Shown one piece after another: positions 1-12,192 of a stretch of DNA of 64,000 nucleotides. A program made the translations under genes and the position numbers. The DNA comes from Octopus sinensis (lineage: Eukaryota): contig NC_042997.1 in assembly GCF_006345805.1 (NCBI RefSeq), positions 127,286,001 through 127,350,000 of the forward strand. Direction: 5' to 3'. Position 1 is the first letter of the stretch. Every line of letters begins with the position of its first letter. The notes beneath the pieces were generated by a model. The model saw only the letters and a list, made by a program, of their open reading frames with translations, was not told the origin of the DNA and ran no database searches.

Positions 1-381
1 TTCAGTGATATAAACACACCAGCATTGGTTGTCAAGCGATGGTAGGGGGACAGACACACAAACATATACACATATATACATAGAAGTTCATCATATATAT
101 ATATATATTTTTGTTAATGTCTCATTTATACCTGCAATATATGGCTAATATAGGTTAAATGAGACATACTTATCTGCATGGCCGAAACAGCTGTCAGTTA
201 TAATGTATATGTATTTTTATATCTTTTTATATTTATTTAGTTATATTTCATTATAATGATTGTAATTATTGTACTGTATTAATGTCTAATCTTAATGCTC
301 TTGTGTAGTGTTTTAATAAAGTATGTGATTCGGTATTATCTGATGAATGATTTAGATATATTTCTCCATTTTCTTATTTTG

Positions 382-412
<31 letters not shown>

Positions 413-571
413 ATGAACTTCTTTCAGTTTCCCTCTACGAAATCCACTCACAAGGCTTTGGTGAGCCTGATGCTAGAGTAGAAGATACTTGCCCAAGGTG
501 CCACACAGTGAGACTGAACCCAGAACCATTTGGTTGGTAAGCAAGCGACTTACCACACAGCCACTCCTGCG
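1..571 (-). mobile_element. tRNA-derived SINE (family A), interrupted by a TA-rich insert at about 100-410
   Basis: Reverse complement of the head GCAGGAGTGGCTGTGTGGTAAG...GGTTCAGTC (A/B-box-like) at 412-571; body continues at 1-70. Confidence 0.75.
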
Positions 572-825
572 TCCAGTATTCATCAATTTTATTGTAAAAC
601 TAAATTCAGAATACTCAAAGGAACAGTTCTTGTTAGGTAATGGTGACCTAGTTAATTAAGTATCTTTTGTCTTCTACCTTTTACTCAAGTCAGTCATTGG
701 ACTACAGCCATGCTGGAGCACCATCTTGAAGGATTTTACTTGACTCCAGCACTTATTCTTTAAAAGACTTATTATATTGGTCACTTTTTGCTGAAAGGCT
801 AAGTAAGCAAATAAATACAGGTTAA

Positions 826-1146
826 GCCTTGTGAGTGGATTTGGTAGATGGAAACTGAAAGAAGCCCATCATATATATTTATATATATGTATATGTGTGT
901 GTATGTGTTTGTGTGTATGTGTTTGTGTGTCTGTGTTTGTTACCCCCCCCCCCCCCAACATCGCTTGACAACTGATGGTGGTGTGTTTACGTCCCTGTAA
1001 CTTAGTGGTTCAGCAAAGAAGACTTATAGAATAAGTACTAGGCGTACAAAGAATAAGTCCTGGGATCGATCGGCTTGACTTAAGGCGGTGCTCCAGCATG
1101 GCCACAGTCAAATGACTGAAACAAGTAAAAGAGTAAAGAGTAAAGA

Positions 1147-1147
<1 letters not shown>
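826..1147 (+). mobile_element. 5'-truncated SINE family A copy
   Basis: GCCTTGTGAGTGGATTTGGTAG...CAAATGACTGAAACAAGTAAAAGAGTAAAGAG matches the full copies at 22126 and 45623. Confidence 0.8.
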
Positions 1148-1195
<48 letters not shown>

Positions 1196-1359
1196 CACAC
1201 ATATACTCACACTCACACACACACACATTTTTATACATACATAGATATATATGTTTTCTGTAGCGAGTAAATAAAATGTGGAAATCGACGATTTAAAAGT
1301 CTGTTATCAGCATATTGACAGAGAAATAATTTTCTTTAGCCCTTATCTATAAGTTGTAT

Positions 1360-1406
<47 letters not shown>

Positions 1407-2346
1407 CACCTGCTGCACTCTTGGAGTGGTTGGTGCTAGAAAGGGCATCCAGGTGTAGAAACTTTGCCAGATTGGATTGAAGCCTGGTGCAGCCTTCTGG
1501 GTTGCCAGCCCTCAGTCAAACCGTCCAACCCATGCCAGCATCGAAAGTGAACGTTAAACGACGACGATGATGATGATATATGAAACTTGCTTCCTAAACA
1601 CATGGCTCCGGGTTCAGTCCCACTGCATAGCACCTTGGGCGAGTGTATTTTACTATAGATTCTGGCCAACCAAAGCCTTGTCAGTGGATTTGGTAGGCAG
1701 AAACTGAAAGAAGCCCATTGTGTATATATACACACACATGTATGTATGAATTTGTGTGTCTCTGTTTGTCCCCACACCATCACTTGACAATCAATGTTGG
1801 TGTGTTTACATCTCAGTAACATAGCAGATCAGTAAAAGAGACCAATAGAATAAATACTAAGCTTACAAAGAATAAGTCTTGGCATTGATTTGTTTATATA
1901 TATATATATATATATATATCAAAGTAAAAAGTAAGAGTCAAAAGGAAGAGCAAGAACGGTTAGGCATCTTTTTAATCGCAACAAATATTTCGATATATAC
2001 AGATCCTCGTATATACAAGATTTAAAGTTGAGTTTAAATTAAATTATGTAATGATTTGCCAGATTAAGAAGATCTATATGTACCTCCTCAAGCGATACTC
2101 AGTTGCTGTTTCGGCAAGTAAATCTAGATTTCCATGCTACAACATCCATGGCTTCTTTGTTGAAACTTTTTATTTTCACACACGAGGAATACCTAAGACT
2201 AGAATTGGTAGCATACCATAAGAATACTACCAGCTACTTGGGAATTCTAAGGGTGAATTAGCTCTATTTGTACTCTTATATGTTCATAACAGAACACGCC
2301 TCAACTATATATATATATAAATAATATATATATATTTATATATATA

Positions 2347-2398
<52 letters not shown>

Positions 2399-2874
2399 TG
2401 TTGTGTCTGGGGAGAATCATTTTCTTTTTGTGGCTTATAATTTAACACACTGGTAAAATTTCCACCTATTTTCTCGAAATTTTGCATCTTGCAACCTTTT
2501 CAATAGACTTGACTCTGTCTGTTATTTACACTACGCTCCTTTTTGTTTGTTTTTGCACATGTGTGTGTTTTGCAACTATGTACCATGTTTGTATGTATGG
2601 ATGTGCATCTCCATATGTGTGGACACATGTCTCCATATGTGTCCTTGTGTGAAGTAAAGTGTGTGTGTATATATGGTCATGTGTTTCAGTCTCCATTTGC
2701 TTATGTATGCTTGTCTGTTCATATGTACCTATCTGTTTGTATGTTGATCTGTTTATTTTCATATCCATATGCTTGCATACATGTGCATATACACACACAT
2801 ACATACATCTATCTACATAACAGCCAACTAACTATTCTATTCTACACATGTAAACTGTGGGTATGGGGTACATG

Positions 2875-3347
2875 CCACCTCGACTGGCTTCTGTGCCGGT
2901 AGCACATAAAAAGCACCATCCAAATGTGGCCAATGCCAGCGCCGCCCTGACTGGCTTCTGTACCGGTGGCACATAAAAAGCACCGTCCGAACGTGGCCGA
3001 TGCCAGCGCTGCCGCGACTGGCTCCAGTGCTGGTGGCACATAAAAAGCACCATCCAAACGTGGCCGTTGCCAGCATTGCCTTGGCTGGCTTCCGTGCCGG
3101 TGGCATGTTAAATGCTCCAACCGATCGTGGCCGATGCCGGATCCCCCTGGCACCTGTGCAGGTGGCACGTAAAGAGCACCCACTACACTCGTGGAGTGGT
3201 TGGCATTAGGAAGGGCATCCAGCTGTAGAAACTCTACCAGATCAGACTGGAGCCTGGTGCAGCCCCTGGCTTCCCAGACCCCGGTCGAACCGTCCAACCC
3301 GTGCTAGCACGGAAACGGACGTTAAATGATGATGATGATGATGATGA
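2875..3347 (+). mobile_element. SINE family B with internal ~57-bp tandem repeats and (GAT)n tail
   Basis: Repeated GACTGGCT..GTGCCGGTGGCACATAAAAAGCACC units, then GGAGTGGTTGGCATTAGGAAGGGCATCCAGCTGTAGAAAC...GGACGTTAAA(TGA)n. Other copies near 1404, 14424, 20220, 27465, 40430, 44015, 47837, 54930 (+) and 38088, 50430, 56485 (-). Confidence 0.8.
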
Positions 3348-3399
3348 TTTCCTATTTAGTATTGGGGAAGTTTCATTTATAAGGACGTACTCCTGTATT

Positions 3400-4052
3400 T
3401 GTTTGAGTGTTGGGTCTTTTGGGTGTTTGGATAATATGCGGATGTCAAGTTGACCCAGGTTGCCTCCATGTTGGTAGAGTATGGAGGACTGTTTTGTGTT
3501 GTCATATTGTCTCAGATGTTCATTTAGTCATTTCGCAGTGGTCCTAGATGTCTTCCCTATGTATGTCATGTTCATGTCTTTACAAACAACTTCTATGCAC
3601 CTTACACTGTAAACTACATTTCTAGTTCTACAGTTAATGTCAGGGCTAATCCTACATACCCTGCAGTTATTATTGGTGCATATGGTATTCTCAAAGGGGT
3701 ATGTCCTACATAGTTGTGATCTGACAGAGTTCCCTGGCTTTTCAACAATCTTAATGTTGAGTTTGGTCTCCTTCAGAGCTTTTCTAAATCTATGGGCTAG
3801 TTCTCCATGGGCTGTGGCCTCTACAAACATCACTCCTTGATATTTGTCGGTTTTATACCACGTGTTTGCCCTGTTTGCTTTGTCACAAGTTTTTTGTATC
3901 CTATTCCATTCTTTGTTTCTAAACAACTTGTATCATTACGTATAATGTTATCTAATTTCTTTTTAGCACTCCTGTATACTCGAACCCTATTTTTCTGATC
4001 AAATCCAGAGAACTGCATGTGGTGCATGAAGTTCTGTGTAAGTTTTTTGTTA
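3400..4052 (-). pseudogene. Penelope-like element fragment: RT C-terminus, Cys-rich linker and GIY-YIG endonuclease
   Basis: Frameshifted ORFs read ...VMFVEAT..GELA...KIVEKPG.S..SQL...PF....C....CRVC......NCRTRNVVYSVRC....C......YIGKTSRT, the VVY/YIG layout of Penelope-like endonucleases. Confidence 0.8.
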
Positions 4053-4065
4053 TATATATATATAT

Positions 4066-4335
4066 ATCTATCTTTATATATATAAAACTGAGAATGTGTG
4101 TGTGTGTGTGTGTGTGTGTGTCTGTCTGTCTGTCTGTGTGTTTCCCTAAAACTTGAGAATTGCACAACCAATTCCATTCAAATTTTACACATGCCTTACT
4201 TAGGGTCCATGTAGTTTCATGGGCAAAAAAAAAATGTTCAACTTCTTGCCTAGAGCGAGCCCATAGCAATATCATATCTTCTCCACTATTTCAGTATTAC
4301 GTGTTAAAAGTGAAACAAAAACGTTTCTCTATTTT
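4066..4335 (+). mobile_element. Probable non-autonomous Helitron-like repeat
   Basis: ATCTTTATATATATAAAACTGAGAAT followed by (GT)n(CTGT)n and AACTTGAGAATTGCACAACCAATT..AAATTTTACACA, the usual 5' layout of short Helitron-derived repeats. No 3' CTAG end confirmed. Confidence 0.4.
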
Positions 4336-4488
4336 ATGTCAGATACTTTCATTTTAACAATAAAAATAATAATAACAATTGAATTATATGTAGTAAGTAA
4401 TAATTGAAATCAAACTAAAGTAACATGACAAAAGTAAAAATAGCAATTGGTATTTTACTCAAGAAACAGTATGCACTCATAGCTTTCT

Positions 4489-4631
4489 TCAATTAGTTGT
4501 CACCACATCCACTGATGAACCATTTGTGTGTACATAAAATAAACTGAAAATGTGAAGGCTGTTTAAATGACTAAGAACAAAATCATCGATCTTTGCGTTA
4601 TTTAAAACTATTCTGTATGGATTTCCAGTGG
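4489..4631 (-). CDS. Possible terminal coding exon of the minus-strand host gene
   Basis: Acceptor CTCTCTCTAG|, phase-1 frame (A)TGNPYRIVLNNAKIDDFVLSHLNSLHIFSLFYVHTNGSSVDVVTTN*. Phase fits the 13766 exon. Could be chance. Confidence 0.2.
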
Positions 4632-4925
4632 CTAGAGAGAGGCATGTTAGGCGTGGTTTGTTTGATGTGCCATGTTAACTTAAAAGATGTCGTTGAGGAC
4701 AAGAGAGATGTGACAGTGGCTAAGTATTAAAGATATGTCTAAAAGCAACATCTAAAACACTTGAAAGATACAATTATGTGGTATGGACATGAAAACATGA
4801 GGTTGTAATGAGTTAATGCTGGAAGGTAACTGTGACAGAGGTAGATCAGGAAAGACATGATGGCATTACACCAGAGAGCATTGGGCCTCAAAGATGAGAT
4901 GATGCAGAATTATAAACCCATTTAA

Positions 4926-5088
4926 CGATTCCGGGGATCGAGTGGGCATTTACATCTCATTGTAAATATTCTTTCATATGTCATTTTTTACTTTTATTTT
5001 TTCCTTTTCTTGTCATTCGCTTTCTTATTTTAAGTTCCCCGATTGTATTGTCCCCTCTATGTTCGCCCCTTGTGGGTAGTAATAAAAT
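4926..5088 (+). mobile_element. 5'-truncated copy (3' UTR only) of the ORF1-only element
   Basis: Matches the last ~163 nt of each unit (CGATTCCGGGGATCGAG...GTAGTAATAAAAT); abrupt 5' edge against an RTE remnant. Confidence 0.85.
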
Positions 5089-6861
5089 CACGTGTCGGAA
5101 ATCTATGCGTGTTGTTATCTGTGACTAGACGGTGAAATTTTTTTCTGTGTAAATTGATTAATATCGCGCGAGGCGTTTGCCTCCACGTGTGGAAACGTTC
5201 CGAAGAAGGTGAATTGACCCTCTAGTCATGGCGACTTACGCGGGGGTCACGGGAAAAAAATAATGATTCGTCGATATCATAAGGATGTTTTCTTTGAGAA
5301 GGATAAACTCAAAGAATATGAAAAGCTCTTCAAAAGGGAGGTGATAGCGTGAAGCTAATCCCCCCCGAAAGCAAAAGAGGACAAAGAAAGCAAGACAGTG
5401 ACATACAGAACCCAAGACAAAAATACGAAGAAACTGGCAAGAGTGGAGATAGCTGAAATTGAAAAATGTCTGGGAGACATAATGGGGAAAACAACCTACG
5501 TGAGTAGAGGCAAGAAATTTGGTACGGTGGAGGTGAGATGTGCAACGGAAGAAATTGCAGCCTCACTGGCTACCACTGTACTAAGAGCCGAAAAATTTAC
5601 AATGTGGCCCTCATACAAGGGAAGAAGAGGGGTCCGGGTTAAAATCCCGAATATACCCCCAGAAGTGAAAACAGAATGGCTGGCAACAGCTATTCTAGGA
5701 GCAGCAGAAGAGGAAGTGGAGGTGGAATCCTTTAAGGAGTCCAACGCGGTAAACTGGAGAGGATATGGGGTAGAACTGTGTTTGATGGCCACAAAAGAGG
5801 ACATTGAAAGGTTCCCCTACAGAATTGAAATTGAAGATGAAAAAACCCTCAGTGTAATTGTAGAGGGAAGAAAACCAAACTGTTACTTGTGCGGGACAAG
5901 GGGGCACATTAAAAAAGAGTGCCCGTTATACGAATTCGTAGCGGAGTGCGAGCAGGAACTTGAAGAAAAGAAGAATACGGTAAATGAAAAAGAAAACATA
6001 GAAAAGGAAACAAAACAACAAGAGAAAGGAAATAATAAGTCAATGAAGGAAAAAGAAATAAAAGAAAAGAAAAGAAAGAACCAAAACAGAGTCAGGAAAA
6101 AAAAAGGAAAAAGAAACAACAGGAAAAAACAAGAGAGAGATCAGAATCAAACGAAAAGAAAAGACGGCACACAAAAAGAAAAAGAAAAGGACATAAAACA
6201 CGAGAGAAAGAGAGAACAGACAAAGAACCAAAAAGACAAGAGAAGGAAGGAGAAAGAAAAGAAGGCAAAAAGAGAGAAAGAGAGAAACAAAGAGAGGAGA
6301 ACAAGAAGAAATAAGCCCGAAAAGAAAAATGAAGGAAAACGTAGGACGGAAACAAGATTACTGCTTCTACAAGTTAGTAACCTTCCATTTCTGCCCTGAA
6401 ATGAAAGACTTGACATGTAATACGGAGGGACATATATGGGTCAACAGGATGACCGATCAGTGGCAGGAGACTGCTGTAATCCCCGAAGAAAGAGTCGCTG
6501 AGTTCCTCAGAGCTGCCGGAGAGAGTGTAATATTTTACACGAGTGTTCGAGTGAGAGAGCGGCTGCCTGAGGGCTCAGTGATGGACTTTAGAGAATTGAA
6601 AGCTATTATGGAATATGTATAGAATTGTGAGAAGAGAGAGAAGAAAGAAGAGAAAAAAGAAAATATTGTGAAATATATGTGACGAAAATGTAACCTCTCG
6701 ATTCCGGGGATCGAGTGGGCATTTACATCTCATTGTAAATATTCTTTCATATGTCATTTTTTACTTTTATTTTTTCCTTTTCTTGTCATTCGCTTTCTTA
6801 TTTTAAGTTCCCCGATTGTATTGTCCCCTCTATGTTCGCCCCTTGTGGGTAGTAATAAAAT
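5089..6861 (+). mobile_element. ORF1-only non-LTR-type element, unit 1 (~1.77 kb)
   Basis: ~140-nt 5' UTR, ATG 5228, TAG 6620-6622, T-rich 3' UTR ending AATAAAAT; near-identical to units 2 and 3. Confidence 0.85.
5228..6622 (+). CDS. Gag/ORF1-like zinc-knuckle protein (~460 aa consensus; this copy is frameshifted)
   Basis: Consensus of the four units: MATYAGVT...VSRGKKFGTVEVRC...RVKIPNIPPEV...IVEGRKPNCYLCGTRGHIKKEC (CX2CX4HX4C), a K/E-rich stretch, then a ~90-aa C-terminal region ending ...MDFRELKAIMEYV*. Resembles L1/Tx1-clade ORF1. Confidence 0.75.
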
Positions 6862-8641
6862 AACGTGTCGGAAATCTATGCGTGTTGTTATCTGTGACTA
6901 GACGGTGAAATTTTTTTCTGTGTAAATTGATTAATATCGCGCGAGGCGTTTGCCTCCACGTGTGGAAACGTTCCGAAGAAGGTGAATTGACCCTCTAGTC
7001 ATGGCGACTTACGCGGGGGTCACGGGGAAAAATAATGATTCGTCAATAATTATAAAGGATGTTTTCTTTGAGAAGGATAAACTCAAAGAATATGAAAAGC
7101 TCTTCAAAAGGGAGGGTGATAGCGTGAAGCTAATCCCCCCTGCGAAAGCAAAAGAGGACAAAGAAAGCAAGACAGTGACATACAGAACCCAAGACAAAAA
7201 TACGAAGAAACTGGCAAGAGTGGAGATAGCCGAAATTGAAAAATGTCTGGGAGACATAATGGGGAAAACAACCTACGTGAGTAGAGGCAAGAAATTTGGT
7301 ACGGTGGAGGTGAGGTGCAACGGAAGAAATTGCGGCCTCACTGGCTACCACTGTACTAAGAGCCGAAAAATTTACAATGTGGCCCTCATACAAGGGAAGA
7401 AGAGGGGTCCGGGTTAAAATCCCGAATATACCCCCAGAAGTGAAAACAGAATGGCTGGCAACAGCTATTCTAGGAGCAGCAGAAGAGGAAGTGGAGGTGG
7501 AATCCTTTAAGGAGTCCAACGCGGTAAACTGGAGAGGATATGGGGTAGAACTGTGTTTGATGGCCACAAAAGAGGACATTGAAAGGTTCCCCTACAGAAT
7601 TGAAATTGAAGATGAAAAAACCCTCAGTGTAATTGTAGAGGGAAGAAAACCAAACTGTTACTTGTGCGGGACAAGGGGGCACATTAAAAAAGAGTGCCCG
7701 TTATACGAATTCGTAGCGGAGTGCGAGCAGGAACTTGAAGAAAAGAAGAATACGGTAAATGAAAAAGAAAACATAGAAAAGGAACAAAACAACAAGAGAA
7801 AGGAAATAATAAGTCAATGAAGGAAAAAGAAATAAAAGAAAAGAAAGAAATAGAACCAAAACAGAGTCAGGAAAAAAAAAGGAAAAAGAAACAACAGGAA
7901 AAAACAAGAGAGAGATCAGAATCAAACGAAAAGAAAAGACGGCACACAAAAAGAAAAAGAAAAGGAACATAAAACACGAGAGAAAGAGAGAACAGACAAA
8001 GAACCAAAAAGACAAGAGAAGGAAGGAGAAAGAAAAGAAGGCAAAAAGAGAGAAAGAGAGAAACAAGAGAGGAGAACAAGGAAGAAATAAGCCCGAAAAG
8101 AAAAATGAAGGAAAACGTAGGACGGAAACAAGATTACTACTTAGCTTCTACAAGTTAGTAACCTTCCATTTCTGCCCTGAAATGAAAGACTTGACATGTA
8201 ATACGGAGGGACATATATGGGTCAACAGGATGACCGATCAGTGGCAGGAGACTGCTGTAATCCCCGAAGAAAGAGTCGCTGAGTTCCTCAGAGCTCCGGA
8301 GAGAGTATAATATTTTACACGAGTGTTCGAGTGAGAGAGCGGCTGCCTGAGGGCTCAGTGATGGACTTTAGAGAATTGAAAGCTATTATGGAATATGTAT
8401 AGAATTGTGAGAAGAGAGAGAAGAAAGAAGAGAAAAAAGAAAATATTGTGAAATATATGTGACGAAAATGTAACCTCTCGATTCCGGGGATCGAGTGGGC
8501 ATTTACATCTCATTGTAAATATTCTTTCATATGTCATTTTTTACTTTTATTTTTTCCTTTTCTTGTCATTCGCTTTCTTATTTTAAGTTCCCCGATTGTA
8601 TTGTCCCCTCTATGTTCGCCCCTTGTGGGTAGTAATAAAAT
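6862..8641 (+). mobile_element. ORF1-only element, unit 2 (ORF 7001-8402, frameshifted)
   Basis: Direct repeat of unit 1 with the same CCHC motif. Confidence 0.85.
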
Positions 8642-10412
8642 ACGTGGAGGAATCTATGCGGTTGTTTTATCTGTGACTAGACGTGAAATTTTCTGTGTAA
8701 ATTGATTAATATCGCGCGAGGCGTTTGCCTCCACGTGTGGAAACGTTCGAAGAAGGTGAATTGACCCTCTAGTCATGGCGACTTACGCGGGGGTCACGGG
8801 GAAAAATAATGATTCGTCGATAATTATAAAGGATGTTTTCTTGTAGAAGGATAAACTCAAAGAAATAAGAAGCTCTTCAAAAGGGGGTGATAGCGCAAGC
8901 TATCCCCCCGCGAAAGCAAAAGAGGACAAAGAAAGCAAGACAGTGACATAACAGAACCCAAGACAAAAATACGAAGAAACTGGCAAGAGTGGAGATAGCC
9001 GCAATTGAAAAATGTCTGGGAGACATAATGGGGAAACACAACCTACGTGAGTAGAGGCAAGAAATTTGGTACGGTGGAGGTGAGATGTGCAACGGAAGAA
9101 ATTGCAGCCTCACTGGCTACCACTGTACTAAGAGCCGAAAAATTTACAATGTGGCCCTCATACAAGGGAAGAAGAGGGGTCCGGGTTTAAATCCCGAATA
9201 TACCCCAGAAGTGAAAACAGAATGGCTGGCAACAGCTATTCTAGGAGCAGCAGAAGAGGAAGTGGAGGTGGAATCCTTTAAGGAGTCCAACGCGGTAAAC
9301 TGGAGAGGATATGGGGTAGAACTGTGTTTGATGGCCACAAAAGAGGACATTGAAAGGTTCCCCTACAGAATTGAAATTGAAGATGAAAAAACCCTCAGTG
9401 TAATTGTAGAGGGAAGAAAACCAAACTGTTACTTGTGCGGGACAAGGGGGCACATTAAAAAAGAGTGCCCGTTATACGAATTCGTAGCGGAGTGCAAGCA
9501 GGAACTTGAAGAAAAGAAGAATACGGTAAATGAAAAAGAAAACATAGAAAAGGAAACAAAACAACAAGAGAAAGGAAATAATAAGTCAATGAAGGAAAAA
9601 GAAATAAAAGAAAAGAAAGAAATAGAACCAAAACAGAGTCAGGAAAAAAAAAGGAAAAAGAAACAACAGGAAAAAAACAAGAGAGAGATCAGAATCAAAC
9701 GAAAAGAAAAGACGGCACACAAAAGAAAAAGAAAAGGAACATAAAACACGAGAGAAAGAGAGAACAGACAAAGAACCAAAAAGACAAGAGAAGGAAGGAG
9801 AAAGAAAAGAAGGCAAAAAGAGAGAAAGAGAGAAACAAAGAGAGGAGAACAAGGAAGAAATAAGCCCGAAAAGAAAAATGAAGGAAAACGTAGGACGGAA
9901 ACAGATTATTACTGCTTCTACAAGTTAGTAACCTTCCATTTCTGCCCTGAAATGAAAGACTTGACATGTAATACGGAGGGACATATATGGGTCAACAGGA
10001 TGACCGATCAGTGGCAGGAGACTGCTGTAATCCCCGAAGAAAGAGTCGCTGAGTTCCTCAGAGCTGCCGGAGAGAGTGTAATATTTTACACGAGTGTTCG
10101 AGTGAGAGAGCGGCTGCCTGAGGGCTCAGTGATGGACTTTAGAGAATTGAAAGCTATTATGGAATATGTATAGAATTGTGAGAAGAGAGAGAAGAAAGAA
10201 GAGAAAAAGGAAAATATTGTGAAATATATGTGACGAAAATGTAACCTCTCGATTCCGGGGATCGAGTGGGCATTTACATCTCATTGTAAATATTCTTTCA
10301 TATGTCATTTTTTACTTTTATTTTTTCCTTTTCTTGTCATTCGCTTTCTTATTTTAAGTTCCCCGATTGTATTGTCCCCTCTATGTTCGCCCCTTGTGGG
10401 TAGTAATAAAAT
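8642..10412 (+). mobile_element. ORF1-only element, unit 3 (ORF 8775-10173, many small indels at the 5' end)
   Basis: Direct repeat of unit 1. Confidence 0.85.
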
Positions 10413-12192
10413 CACATGTCTGAAATCTATGTGTGTTGTTATCTGTGACTAGACGGTGAAATTTTTTCTGTGTAAATTGATTTGATATCGCGCGAGGCGT
10501 TTGCCTCCACGTGTGGAAACCTTCCGAAGAAGGTGAATTGACCCTCTAGTCATGGCGACTTACGCGGGCGTCACCGGGAAAAATAACAATTCGTCGATAA
10601 TCATAAAGGATGTTTTCTTTGAGAAAGAGAAACTCAAAGAATATGAAAAGCTCTTCAAAAGGGAGGGTGATAGCGTGAAGCTAATCCCCCCCGCGAAAGC
10701 AAAAGAGGATAAAGAAAGCAAGGCGGTGACATACAGAACCCAAGACAAAAATACGAAGAAACTGGCAAGAGTGGAGATAGACGAAATTGAAAAATGTCTG
10801 GGAGACATAATGGGGAAAATAACCTACGTGAGTAGAGGCAAGAAATTTGGTACGGTGGAGGTGAGGTGTGCAACGGAAGAAATTGCGGCCTGACTGGCTA
10901 CCACCGTACTAAGAGCCGAAAAATTCACAATGTGGCCCTCATACAAGGGAAGAAGAGGGGTCCGGGTTAAAATCCCGAATATTCCCCCAGAAGTGAAAAC
11001 AGAATGGCTGGCAACAGCTATTCTAGGAGCAGCAGAAGAAGAAGTGGAGGTGGAATCAATTAAGGAGTCCAACGCGGTAAACTGGAGAGGATATGGGGTA
11101 GAATTGTGTTTGATGGCCACAAAAGAGGACATTGAAAGGTTCCCCTACAGAATTGAAATTGAAGATGAAAAAACCCTCAGTGTAATTGTAGAGGGAAGAA
11201 AACCAAACTGTTACTTGTGTGGGACAAGGGGGCACATTAAAAAAGAGTGCCCGTTATACGAATTCGTAGCGGAGTGCGAGCAGGAACTTGAAGAAAAGAA
11301 GAATACGGTAAATGAAAAAGAAAACATAGAAAAGGAAACAAAACAACAGAGAAAGGAAATAATAAGTCAATGAAGGAAAAAGAAATAAAAGAAAAGAAAG
11401 AAATAGAACCAAAACAGAGTCAGGAAAAAAAAAGGAAAAAGAAACAACAGGAAAAAAACAAGAGAGAGATCAGAATCAAACGAAAAGAAAAGACGGCACA
11501 ACAAAAGAAAAAGAAAAGGAACATAAAACACGAGAGAAAGAGAGAACAGACAAAGAACCAAAAAGACAAGAGAAGAAGGAGAAAGAAAAGAAGGCAAAAA
11601 GAGAGAAAGAGAGAAACAAAGAGAGGAGAACAAGGAAGAAATAAGCCCGAAAAGAAAAATGAAGGAAAACGTAGGACGGAAACAAGATTACTATTACTAC
11701 AAGTTAGTAACCTTCCATTTCTGCCTTATAATGAAAGACTTGACAAGTGAAACGGAGGGACATATATGGGTCAACAGGATGACCGACCGGTGGCAGGAGA
11801 CTGCTCTAATCCCCGAAGAAAGAGCCGCTGAGTTCCTCAGAGCTGCCGGAGAGAGTGTAATATTTTACACGAGTGTTCGAGTGAGAGAGCGGCTGCCTGA
11901 GGGCTCGGTGATAGACTTCAGAGAAGTGGAAACAATTATAGAGTATGTATAGAATTGTGAGAGGAAAAAAAAAAAAAAAGAGGAAAAAGAAAATTTTGTG
12001 AAATATATGTGGCGAAAATGTAACCTCTTGATTCCGGGGATCGAGTGGACATTTACATCTCATTGTAAATATTCTTTCATATGTCATTTTTTACTTTTAT
12101 TTTTTTCCTTTTCTTGTCATTCGCTTTCTTATTTTAAGTTCCCCGATTGTATTGTCCCATCTATGTTCGCCCCTTGTGGGTAGTAATAAAAT
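10413..12192 (+). mobile_element. ORF1-only element, unit 4 (ORF 10552-11952, in-frame TGA at 10891; most diverged unit)
   Basis: Direct repeat carrying many substitutions relative to units 1-3. Confidence 0.85.

Noticed and set aside
1960-2100. Hammerhead-like motif on the minus strand (CTTGAGGA...CGAAAT)
   Set aside because: The core is too degenerate and stems could not be assigned.
5228-6622. Calling the ORF a host gene such as ZCCHC3, or a tandem host gene family
   Set aside because: It is intronless, has a single knuckle, a retroelement tail and a 5'-truncated copy; no orthology can be shown from sequence alone.
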